From the NCBI GenBank assembly GCA_965120375.1, contig CBCPMW010000008.1, forward strand, positions 6,091-70,090: a DNA stretch of 64,000 nucleotides. The letters are read 5' to 3'. Shown here piece by piece: positions 56,371 through 64,000 of this stretch (positions are counted from its first letter, which is position 1; each line of letters starts with the position of its first letter). The DNA is from an uncultured Eubacteriales bacterium. Its GTDB lineage: Bacteria > Bacillota > Clostridia > Oscillospirales > Acutalibacteraceae. The translations under genes and the position numbers were made by a program. Below the pieces are notes generated by a model. It did no database searches. It was not told where the DNA came from and saw only the letters and a list, made by a program, of their open reading frames with translations.

Positions 56371-57123
56371 CTAATAGAATTTCTGACGCACAACTTCATA
56401 CATTATTACGGCCGATGCAACAGAGACATTTAGCGAGTTGATTTTTCCAAACATAGGAATAGAAACTAAACAATCACAGTTTTCTTTAACTATTCTGCTA
56501 AGGCCCTTTCCTTCAGACCCTACAACTATAGCTATTGGCCCTTTAAAATTCCGCTTATATAAATTTTCTCCAGAAGCGTCAGCACCAAAAATCCATATAT
56601 TTTGCTGTTTTAGCTTTTTAATAGTAGATGAAATGTTAGTTTCTTTAGCAACTAAAATGTGCTCCAGTGCTCCGGAGGATGTTTTTTCAACTGATGAGTT
56701 TAAACCGACAGCATTTCTCTTAGGGATGATTACACCATGCGCTCCGGAACATTCTGCAGTCCTAATTATCGCACCCAAATTACGAGGGTCTTCGATTCCA
56801 CTTGCAATGATAATAAAAGGATCCTCCTGTTTTTTGTAAGCTAAATTTAATATTTCATTAACACTAGAATACTTTTTTACTGAGCTTATAGCAATAACTC
56901 CTTGGTGAGAATGTTCTCTTGACATCAAATTTAATTTTTCTTTACTAGTTTTCCTTATTTCTACACCTAAATCCTTCGCTTTAGATACTATTGGAATCAA
57001 GGATCCGGAAGGTTTATCAAAGCAGGTTAAGATGTATTCTATATTTCTACCAGATTTCAATGCTTCCATGACAGGATTTCTGCCAATTATTATATTTACC
57101 GGTAATTCACCTAAATTTTGCAT
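56371..57123 (-). CDS. rlmB: TrmH-family 23S rRNA (guanosine-2'-O)-methyltransferase (RlmB-like)
   Basis: SpoU substrate-binding N-terminus (GRNPVMEALKSGRNIE). SPOUT motifs are DPRNLGAIIRTAE, VVGSEGKGL and SLNVSVA. Confidence 0.88.
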   Translation of the reverse strand: MQNLGELPVNIIIGRNPVMEALKSGRNIEYILTCFDKPSGSLIPIVSKAKDLGVEIRKTSKEKLNLMSREHSHQGVIAISSVKKYSSVNEILNLAYKKQEDPFIIIASGIEDPRNLGAIIRTAECSGAHGVIIPKRNAVGLNSSVEKTSSGALEHILVAKETNISSTIKKLKQQNIWIFGADASGENLYKRNFKGPIAIVVGSEGKGLSRIVKENCDCLVSIPMFGKINSLNVSVASAVIMYEVVRQKFY

Positions 57124-57538
57124 ATTTTTTCACCTAAATTTTAAGATTTTAAATAAAAAGCGAACTCTTGCATATATGAAATTTAATTGACTCTATTTAG
57201 ATTTTGCTAAAAATTAACAAAACCGAATAAGAAATTTCTGAATCTAAATCGATTTTAAATTTTAAATCAAACTTTGTCAACTAAAGCTATTTTTTATCCG
57301 ATTTTTTCTTTAATATTTACAAATTTACACTAGAAATTTAATTTTAAATTGTGACTAATTGTATAGTCGATAAGGTTTTGTTTCTATCCAGTTTAAAATT
57401 ATAAAAAATAAAGTTAAAAATTTATTATTTTTATAGGTGTATGGTAGTAATTATGATGAATATAAATATTAATCTAAGAAATTTTTTAATTTAAAAGCGA
57501 AGGTTATACAAAATATAAATTTAAGCTCATTATAACTG

Positions 57539-57568
57539 TTGACTTATTCGCTTTAATTGTGGTAGAAT
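57539..57568 (+). promoter_or_regulatory. candidate SigA promoter for the rplU-prp-rpmA operon
   Basis: TTGACT (57539-57544), 18-nt spacer, TAGAAT (57563-57568). About 80 nt of leader follow before the rplU ATG, which is where an L21 leader is found in Firmicutes. The fold was not verified. Confidence 0.5.
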
Positions 57569-57651
57569 GTACATGCCGCTTATTGCAGGTTTAAAAGAGT
57601 TGTTCTACCTGATCCAATAGCGAGATATTTCAAGGCAGGTGCTGTAGTTTT

Positions 57652-57978
57652 ATGTACGCAGTATTAGAGAGTGGAGGAAAACAGTACAAGGTAAAAAAGG
57701 GGGATATTATTTTTGTTGAAAGGCTTTCGGGTGAGGAAGGAGCGTCAGTTGAATTTAAAGTTTTGGCTCTTTGTGACGAAAACGGACTGAAAATAGGTAA
57801 CCCTTATATCGATTCAGCGAGAGTTTTAGGGAGTGTCCTAGAAACTAAGCGGGGAAAAAAGATAACTGTTTTTACTTACAAACCTAAAAAAAGTTGCAAA
57901 AGGAAGATGGGGCATCGCCAGTGGGTAACAAAACTTGAGATTAGCGAGATTGTTCCAGATGTAAGCTCGTATGCTTAA
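57652..57978 (+). CDS. rplU: 50S ribosomal protein L21
   Basis: Sequence is MYAVLESGGKQYKVKKGDIIFVERL ... KITVFTYKPKK..KRKMGHRQ. Confidence 0.95.
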   Translation: MYAVLESGGKQYKVKKGDIIFVERLSGEEGASVEFKVLALCDENGLKIGNPYIDSARVLGSVLETKRGKKITVFTYKPKKSCKRKMGHRQWVTKLEISEIVPDVSSYA

Positions 57979-58297
57979 TGTGGAATTTTGCGCTTTGCAG
58001 GATGGCAGTTTAGTTGGTTTTTGTATAAAGGGTCACTGTGGATTTAGTGAATCTGGAACGGACATCGTTTGTGCAGCTGTTTCGTCGGCGGTTTACATGG
58101 TGGTAAACACATTTACTGATATACTTGGGGTGAGTCCCAAAGGTTTGTATGTGGGCAATGGTGAGATGAGATTTATTATACATAAACATGATGAATCGCA
58201 GGGGAGATTACTGTTTCAGGGGCTAAAGTTACACTTATCTTCGCTAGAGGAAATATACCCAAAAAATATTAAGGTTAATTATGTGGAGGTTGTTTGA
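57971..58297 (+). CDS. ribosomal-processing cysteine protease Prp
   Basis: 108 aa between rplU and rpmA. It has the GHCGF...G.DIVCAAVS motif (catalytic His/Cys) typical of Prp/YsxB. Confidence 0.88.
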   Translation: MLNVEFCALQDGSLVGFCIKGHCGFSESGTDIVCAAVSSAVYMVVNTFTDILGVSPKGLYVGNGEMRFIIHKHDESQGRLLFQGLKLHLSSLEEIYPKNIKVNYVEVV

Positions 58298-58299
58298 CT

Positions 58300-58581
58300 A
58301 TGCTAAAGATAAACATACAGCTATTTGCCCATAAAAAAGGGCTTGGGTCGACTAAAAATGGTCGTGATTCTAATCCGAAATATCTGGGGGTTAAAAGGTC
58401 TGATGGTCAATACGTGTTGACTGGAAACATTATTGTTACTCAGCGTGGAACTAAGATTCATCCTGGAAAAAACGTTAAAAGGGCTTCTAATGACTCTCTT
58501 TTTGCGTTAATTGATGGAAGAGTTAAGTTTGAGCGCATGGGGAAACATCGCAAAAAAGCTAGCGTTTATGCTTGCAGTTAG
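58300..58581 (+). CDS. rpmA: 50S ribosomal protein L27 with a Prp-cleaved N-terminal extension
   Basis: [24 protein letters not shown] matches the Firmicute pro-L27 pattern. The ORF track opens at TTG 58294. Confidence 0.95.
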   Translation: MLKINIQLFAHKKGLGSTKNGRDSNPKYLGVKRSDGQYVLTGNIIVTQRGTKIHPGKNVKRASNDSLFALIDGRVKFERMGKHRKKASVYACS

Positions 58582-58621
58582 CAGATTTGGTTGGTGGTTT
58601 TTGTAAAGATAGGTGTGGAGC

Positions 58622-59890
58622 ATGTTTGCAGATACGGCAGTTATAACGGTTAGAGCGGGGTCTGGTGGGCATGGAGCCGTTTCTTTTCACAGAGATAAGT
58701 TTACATCTTCCGGTGGGCCCGATGGGGGTAACGGCGGAAATGGTGGAGATGTAATATTTCAAGCTGATAAAGGGCTTTCTACGCTCGTCGATTTTCGCTA
58801 CAAAAGGAATTATTTGGCACAAAACGGAAGAGATGGATCGTCTGCAAAAAGAACCGGAAAAAGTGGCGACAATATGCTGATAACAGTTCCTTTGGGAACG
58901 GTTTTGAAAGATAACAAAAACGGGAGAATAATTGCGGATCTGTCTGATTTTAGGTCTGTGGTTGTTGCGAAGGGTGGCAAAGGTGGAGCTGGAAACATGA
59001 ATTTTGCTACACCTACAAGACAGTCACCTCGATTTGCCAAACCCGGAACTTTAGGAGAAGAGCTGGAGCTGAAATTGGAGCTAAAACTTATAGCAGACGT
59101 CGGAATCATTGGGTATCCAAATGTCGGCAAATCTACTCTCATTTCTGTGGTTAGTGCTGCAAAACCTCAAATAGCAAATTATCATTTTACAACACTTTCC
59201 CCGGTTTTAGGTGTCGTAAAGTATAGTGGTGACTATTCGTTTGTGATGGCTGACATTCCCGGGTTGATAGAAGGAGCCTGGAAAGGTATTGGACTGGGGC
59301 ATCAGTTTCTGAGACACATAGAGCGATGCAGGGTTTTTTTACATGTTGTTGATATTTCTGGGAGCGAGGGCAGAGATCCAGTAAAAGATTTTGAAATAAT
59401 AAACAAAGAGCTTGAGAATTACAGCGCTGATCTTATGCAAAGACCTATGATTGTAGTTGGAAATAAATGTGAGCTTTCGGACAGTAAGTCTATAGAATTG
59501 TTTCGAAGGTATGTTGAGAAAAAGGGCTATAAGTTTTTTGCGATAAGCGCTGTTTCTCGAACTGGAGTGGGAAATCTCTTGGATGAAGTTGTTAAGGTTT
59601 TGCAAAAATCGCCAGATACGGTGATTTTTAGTCCCGATGAGACATACATTAGTGTTAAGAAAGATGAAGATGAGGTTTGTGTTGTTAAAAATGGCGAAAT
59701 TTATGAATTAAAGGAAAACTCAAGGCTGAGAAGTTTAGTAGATTCCGTTAATTTTTGTGATTATGATTCTATGAAGTATTTTCAAAGGATGCTAATAAAG
59801 TATGGTGTAATTTCAGCTTTGAAAGGATCTGGAGCTAAAGAAGGGGACACTGTAAAGCTTTGTGGCATAGAGTTTGATTTTTTTGATTAA
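58622..59890 (+). CDS. obg: GTPase Obg/CgtA
   Basis: Glycine-rich Obg fold (MFADTAVITVRAGSGGHGAVSFHRDKF...GGPDGGNGGNGGDV). G1 motif is GYPNVGKSTL, G3 is DIPGLIEGA, G4 is NKCE. A C-terminal TGS/OCT-like domain follows. Confidence 0.95.
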   Translation: MFADTAVITVRAGSGGHGAVSFHRDKFTSSGGPDGGNGGNGGDVIFQADKGLSTLVDFRYKRNYLAQNGRDGSSAKRTGKSGDNMLITVPLGTVLKDNKNGRIIADLSDFRSVVVAKGGKGGAGNMNFATPTRQSPRFAKPGTLGEELELKLELKLIADVGIIGYPNVGKSTLISVVSAAKPQIANYHFTTLSPVLGVVKYSGDYSFVMADIPGLIEGAWKGIGLGHQFLRHIERCRVFLHVVDISGSEGRDPVKDFEIINKELENYSADLMQRPMIVVGNKCELSDSKSIELFRRYVEKKGYKFFAISAVSRTGVGNLLDEVVKVLQKSPDTVIFSPDETYISVKKDEDEVCVVKNGEIYELKENSRLRSLVDSVNFCDYDSMKYFQRMLIKYGVISALKGSGAKEGDTVKLCGIEFDFFD

Positions 59891-59914
59891 ACTGAAAGGA
59901 GGGATGGCATTTTA

Positions 59915-60328
59915 GTGCAAGAAGCCAGTTTTTGTTGCGATTCCGGGTTTAATAAGCAGTTGAGTGTTTTGAAACTTGCTTTTTTGGGTGATGCAGTTTT
60001 TGAGCTTTATGTAAGAAGATTTTTAGTTTATAAATATAGAGAGAAACTTGGAAAATTAAACGAGAGAAAATCTAAATTTTCTTGCTGCAGGGGGCAGTCA
60101 TTTATACTAAAAAAAATATCAAAGTTTCTTACAGAAGAAGAAATTCGGATTTGTAAATCAGGGCAAAGTGCGCATATAAATAATTTTTCTAAAAAAGCTA
60201 TTTTTTCGGAATATCGCAAAGCTACAGGGTTTGAGTGTTTGCTTGGGTATTTGTACATTAACAATAAAATGGAAAGAATTGAGCAAATATTTAGTAAAGC
60301 GATGGCGGTTTGTGAAGAAGTTTATTAG
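59915..60328 (+). CDS. mrnC: Mini-ribonuclease 3 (Mini-III)
   Basis: LAFLGDAVFELYVRRFL is an RNase III-like signature. About 137 aa. The start codon is uncertain because GTG 59915 lies far from the RBS. Confidence 0.8.
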   Translation: MQEASFCCDSGFNKQLSVLKLAFLGDAVFELYVRRFLVYKYREKLGKLNERKSKFSCCRGQSFILKKISKFLTEEEIRICKSGQSAHINNFSKKAIFSEYRKATGFECLLGYLYINNKMERIEQIFSKAMAVCEEVY

Positions 60329-60373
60329 GCGTTTAAGTTAATTGTTAATAAAAAATGGGGGTTAGAATTTTTT

Positions 60374-60613
60374 ATGAGTTGTGCAGGTCCGATTATGGGT
60401 GGAGTGGTGGCTCTTCTTGCTGTTTTGTTTGTTTTTTCTAAAATGTTCAGAATCTGGAAAGAGTATCTTGGGATAAGACAAATTGCTTCGAAAGTTTCAG
60501 AGTCCATTTCCAAATCTAGTTCGGAGTCCAGTACTGAATCCAACGCTGATTCTAATTCAGAGTCCAGTGCTGTATCCGGTTCTACGACTGATTCAAGATC
60601 CACTAAAAAATAA
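60374..60613 (+). CDS. small single-pass membrane protein with a Ser-rich tail (79 aa)
   Basis: RBS GGGGG lies upstream. The N-terminal TM segment is IMGGVVALLAVLFVF. The C-terminal half is Ser/Glu/Thr low complexity. Confidence 0.45.
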   Translation: MSCAGPIMGGVVALLAVLFVFSKMFRIWKEYLGIRQIASKVSESISKSSSESSTESNADSNSESSAVSGSTTDSRSTKK

Positions 60614-60650
60614 TAAATCAAGTGATTATTAAAATATATTACGAGGAGAA

Positions 60651-60848
60651 TTGCTTATGGCAAAATCGAATAGTGAAACGATTTATCGTATTTTTGAACT
60701 GGTAGGATTTACTTCATGTTTTATACTTACCATTATTAGTTGTGCTGGAATGCCTTTTAAAATTGCGAAAGTTATGAGAAACATGAAAGGGAGACAGTTT
60801 GAAGGTACATGGGATAAATTTAAATTTATTGTTACGGAAACATTTTAG
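60651..60848 (+). CDS. small hypothetical membrane protein (65 aa)
   Basis: RBS GAGGAG lies upstream and there is one hydrophobic segment (LVGFTSCFILTIISCAG). TTG and ATG starts are adjacent. Confidence 0.4.
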   Translation: MLMAKSNSETIYRIFELVGFTSCFILTIISCAGMPFKIAKVMRNMKGRQFEGTWDKFKFIVTETF

Positions 60849-60859
60849 GTAGATTAGAT

Positions 60860-61372
60860 TTAATGAGTTGCTTGTGGTGTTCTTAGCTTTTTATGTAGAA
60901 GTCTCCTTAGTCTTATTCTGTTGTATCGTTGTATGAATATGAAAGGTAGGTTTGTCATTATAGATATACATGAAAAAAGTAGAGCGTAGTAAAATGAATT
61001 TATTGCAAATGATATTAAAGCGAAAAAGCAGCACATGAAGTGGTTCCATTCTGCTCTGCAAGTTTCCAAAATAAACTCTTGGATGTAATCAATAGAAAGC
61101 CTCGAAAATTTTATAAGATGTCGTTTAGAGAATCCATTTCTTCCAATGTGTTGGGGAAGATGGTCTTTCCACTTTTTTATGAGAAGGGTTTCTGTATAAA
61201 ACTTTCCACTTTTTTCCCAAGATTTTTCTTTAAAAATTTTTCCGTTTGGGTCTAAACGTCTTTTATCTATATTTACTGAAAATATAAAAACCAGAGTATT
61301 CCATATCGTTATAAGAAAAAAATTCAAGACGATTATCTCTAGCGTGGAATATCTGCTCGTCATTTGTGTCAC
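60860..61372 (-). CDS. membrane protein of the CrtO family (glycosyl-4,4'-diaponeurosporenoate acyltransferase family)
   Basis: FKEKSWEKSGKFYTETLLIKKWKDHLPQ, ETCRAEWNHF and IQRYNRIRLRRLL parallel the S. aureus CrtO blocks as I recall them (ETKRAELIHW, VQRYNRPRLTQLL). No other carotenoid genes are nearby, so the function may differ. Confidence 0.6.
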   Translation of the reverse strand: MTQMTSRYSTLEIIVLNFFLITIWNTLVFIFSVNIDKRRLDPNGKIFKEKSWEKSGKFYTETLLIKKWKDHLPQHIGRNGFSKRHLIKFSRLSIDYIQEFILETCRAEWNHFMCCFFALISFAINSFYYALLFSCISIMTNLPFIFIQRYNRIRLRRLLHKKLRTPQATH

Positions 61373-61378
61373 TCCTTT

Positions 61379-61831
61379 TTACTTGATGCTTTGAAGTTTT
61401 TCTCTTGCTTGTTCAAATTTATCTTCAGCCAATTTTATATTTTCTTTACGCTCATTACCTAGTGCGAGGGGAACGTTGGTTTTGTATAGCAGAAGACCCT
61501 CTTTGTAAAGATCATACGCTTCCATCATGCTGTTGTAATGGTCAAGCGATTCGTCAGGAACTTTGGGTCCGAGATCGTTTTTTAGGTAGTCAATAAGTTC
61601 AATTGTGGAATCAATAAGGCCATTGAGTCTTTCTACTGAAGCCGAAGTTCCAGTAAACGTTTCAATCTGATCTAAAACGTCTCCAATCATGTTGTTAAAT
61701 TTTAGATTCTGTTTTACCACTATTTTTACGTATTCTGGATTTGTTATTTTGTCACTATTTTTAAAAAACGAGCACGCGGAAAATATCAACAAAATAGCAC
61801 AAAAAATTGAGAGTTTAATTATATTTTTCAT
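61379..61831 (-). CDS. putative lipoprotein, function unknown
   Basis: ATG 61831 follows RBS AGGGGA. The signal peptide MKNIIKLSIFCAILLIFSAC has a lipobox-like FSAC. The mature part is helical. Confidence 0.6.
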   Translation of the reverse strand: MKNIIKLSIFCAILLIFSACSFFKNSDKITNPEYVKIVVKQNLKFNNMIGDVLDQIETFTGTSASVERLNGLIDSTIELIDYLKNDLGPKVPDESLDHYNSMMEAYDLYKEGLLLYKTNVPLALGNERKENIKLAEDKFEQAREKLQSIK

Positions 61832-61968
61832 AAAGATTCCCCTAATATGTGATCCATCTTTATATAGCATGGTACCACATATGTTTTTTCATGTCAATTA
61901 TGATTAAATAACTAATTTTGGAAAAAGCTTGACTATTTTTAATAATTGTGTTACCCTCATGGAGGTGT

Positions 61969-62061
61969 GGAGAGGTGTCCGAGTTGGCCGAAGGAGCACG
62001 ACTGGAAATCGTGTAAACCATTAAACTGGTTTCTGGGGTTCGAATCCCCATCTCTCCGCCA
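61969..62061 (+). tRNA. tRNA-Ser (anticodon GGA), type II with a long variable arm and encoded CCA
   Basis: Acceptor stem GGAGAGG/TCTCTCC. Anticodon stem-loop is CACGA-CTGGAAA-TCGTG. Variable arm is AACCA...TGGTT. T arm is GGGGTTCGAATCCCC. The 3' end is GCCA. Confidence 0.93.
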
Positions 62062-62090
62062 TATAATGTATACAAAATTGATACAATGTA

Positions 62091-62113
62091 AAAGCCCAGT
62101 ATTACTGGGCTTT
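62091..62113 (+). terminator. hairpin terminator after tRNA-Ser
   Basis: AAAGCCCAGT-ATT-ACTGGGCTTT is a perfect 10-bp stem, followed by GTAGCGTTTT. Confidence 0.55.
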
Positions 62114-62412
62114 GTAGCGTTTTGAATCTAATTTTATATATGAATTTTAAGGGATTTTTTACTCCTTTTTGAGCTTTCCGTATGAATGTATGCAACCGGT
62201 TGAATATGTTCACACAGTTGAAATTTATAAAAATAATCATCCGCCAATATTTTTATTGACGGATTTGTTATTTGTTTCTTAAATTATTTTTTTTGTCAGT
62301 TTAAAAATGGTCAAGAAGCATCTTTGAATTTTTAGAAATATTGATGAATAAAGGGAATTTAATTAAGTATAATGCACAAATAATTGCAAAAAGTCCTAAA
62401 AATAGAAAATTA

Positions 62413-62441
62413 TTGACTTTATTTTTTAGTTATTATACAAT
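62413..62441 (+). promoter_or_regulatory. candidate SigA promoter for the ADP-ribosyltransferase-like gene
   Basis: TTGACT (62413-62418), 17 nt, TACAAT (62436-62441). RBS AAGGGAG precedes ATG 62481. Confidence 0.5.
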
Positions 62442-62480
62442 ATACAATGACAATATTTAAGAGTAAGGGAGTGCATTAAA

Positions 62481-63320
62481 ATGTCAGGTAAAAGTAAGGA
62501 TGATAGTTATTTAAAAAATAGTAAGATTGACAAAGAATTTGATTATCTAAACACGGTAATAAAACAGTCTAGAAAATGGGATTCTATAGATATTCTTAAT
62601 GACCTTATTGAAAGGTGTAGAAAAACAAAATCTCCTAAGATGGCAGAGATGGGAACAATTTTTGAAACGTTACTACGCAAATATGTTGAATGCAAAGAGT
62701 GCTATTACTACAATGGTATACCTAGAGGTAATTATAAAATAACTGGGAATCCGTTTGACAAGCTTTTAACTTCTAAACAGGAAAAACTCGTAAAAGAGTA
62801 TATAAGTCCAGAACTTTTTAAAAAGATGACAGTGGAACTTAGAACACTTGGAAAATATTTAAAAGGAGCTTGTACAATTGAAGATATGACGGTTTATAGA
62901 GGAATTCCTTATGAGGTTTTGCGATCGTTAATGGGTAGTGTGAGAATAAGTTTTCCGGATTTGGGTAGGTTTTTAAAAGGAGAAGAAAAAGGTGCTGTTA
63001 AACGCGCTAGGCTTGATGAGCTTAAACACGCTTTGGAAGAGGTTGAATCCCGGAATCCTATAACAAGAGAAAAATCTTTTATGAGCACTAGTGAGAAAAG
63101 GTACGTCACGTGGGGTTTCGGAATAGTTCGTCTTGATATTACCGTTCCTAAAGGAACAAAAGGAGGACTGAAGTGCAACACCATATTAACCCATAATAAG
63201 TATGCAGAAGAAGTTGAGGTACTTTTTCCTCAGGGGACCCAGTTGAAATGGAAAAGAGGCGGCTTTACGAATTTTTTTAATCTGAGTCAGTTTTTGTATT
63301 TCGACATTGAGGTGGTTTGA
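62481..63320 (+). CDS. ADP-ribosyltransferase-like protein (R-S-ExE class, C3/VIP2-type fold)
   Basis: 279 aa. The ordered catalytic triad motifs are VYRG (R140), FMSTS (S202-T203-S204) and EEVEVLFPQGT (E244-x-E246). Spacings are 62 and 40 aa. The N-terminal region of about 130 aa is helical, and there is no signal peptide. Confidence 0.55.
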   Translation: MSGKSKDDSYLKNSKIDKEFDYLNTVIKQSRKWDSIDILNDLIERCRKTKSPKMAEMGTIFETLLRKYVECKECYYYNGIPRGNYKITGNPFDKLLTSKQEKLVKEYISPELFKKMTVELRTLGKYLKGACTIEDMTVYRGIPYEVLRSLMGSVRISFPDLGRFLKGEEKGAVKRARLDELKHALEEVESRNPITREKSFMSTSEKRYVTWGFGIVRLDITVPKGTKGGLKCNTILTHNKYAEEVEVLFPQGTQLKWKRGGFTNFFNLSQFLYFDIEVV

Positions 63321-63864
63321 ATAAATTCAGCTATTTTTAAAATTAACGCATGAACAAAAATTGTGTTTATAGAACACATAACGGAAAGTTTCAATCTAAC
63401 AAAGAATTTAAAAGTTCTATTTTACGATCGTTTATGAAGCCGGTTATTTCTTTATATTTAAGATTTATGGATGGCAAAATATCTATAGAATTTACAGCTT
63501 CAAAAACTATCCATTATTTTGTGTAAGTTTATAACAGGTGATTTAGGCATACATAGGGGATAAAAGTAAATAAACACTACCTTTACGCACATTTTTGGAT
63601 TTTAAAAGTCCGAATAAATTAAGTTAATAGGTTTTAAAATGAACATTTTTGAAAGCATGAAAGTAGAGTTTAACGGACTAAGCTGTGAACACATCACAAA
63701 ATATGTAAGCAATTTCTGGAAGCCAACCATCTAAATACGTGATATTTTTGTGTTAATTTATATCGTAAACTCACAATTTAAAAGTTTATATTGACAAAAA
63801 TAATCTAATTTTATACAACATTCTTGTGTATTTGATCACATAAAATTAGAAGGGGGTGTTTCAT

Positions 63865-64000
63865 ATGCCGATGAAAAAGGTAAAACCAGAGGATTGTAAA
63901 TTTAAAGATGATTATGTGATACAAGCTAATAAGAAAAAAGACTTAAAAAAACTTGTAAATGGATTAAATGAAATAGTAGAAATGATTGATAATTTTATTT
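63865..64000 (+). CDS. hypothetical protein, 5' part only (runs off the window)
   Basis: ATG 63865 lies 7 nt after RBS AGAAGGGGG. The frame MPMKKVKPEDCKFKDDYVIQANKKKDLKKLVNGLNEIVEMIDNFI stays open to the window end. Confidence 0.4.
   Translation, partial: MPMKKVKPEDCKFKDDYVIQANKKKDLKKLVNGLNEIVEMIDNFI

Noticed and set aside
61860-62240. A 126-aa minus-strand ORF spanning the tRNA-Ser gene
   Set aside because: It runs antisense through a canonical tRNA and its terminator, so it is spurious.
62235-62255. The sequence CATCCGCCAATAT resembles the tRNA-Ser 3' end (CTCCGCCATAT) and could be an att direct repeat
   Set aside because: Only about 7 nt match exactly (TCCGCCA). That is expected by chance in a region of this size, and there is no integrase or second boundary.

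Overview
Chromosomal segment of a low-GC Firmicute. A type-A RNase P RNA, a split transketolase, Prp-processed L27 and frequent TTG/GTG starts suggest Clostridia. Most of the window is conserved housekeeping synteny: rnpB; miaB-ylbF-mutS-mutL-miaA; sepF-divIVA-ileS-lspA-rluD; ppk1; eno and a phosphohexomutase; two ABC exporter genes; kdpA-kdpB'-kdpC; tktAB, cdd and a yabE-like gene; rplS-lepB-rbgA-rnhB-yraN; tig-clpP-clpX-lon-engB; lysA; rny-ymdB; rplU-prp-rpmA-obg-mrnC; tRNA-Ser(GGA). No CRISPR array, transposase, integrase or rRNA was seen. Three loci deserve a second look. (1) 29.77-33.68 kb: a two-gene cassette behind a perfect consensus promoter. It encodes an orphan protein resembling a contractile-injection-system tube fold, followed by a 991-aa very acidic protein with tandem 16-aa SPERDLLADEI(I/V)DEV repeats. 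(2) 35.56-36.60 kb: a kdpB with a clean in-frame loss of the whole P-type ATPase phosphorylation and nucleotide-binding region, sitting between intact kdpA and kdpC. (3) 62.48-63.32 kb: an R-S-ExE ADP-ribosyltransferase-like gene next to tRNA-Ser, flanked by ORF-poor DNA. All family calls rest on motif recognition by eye and recall of reference sequences; no searches were run. Start codons were refined by RBS or promoter inspection where stated.
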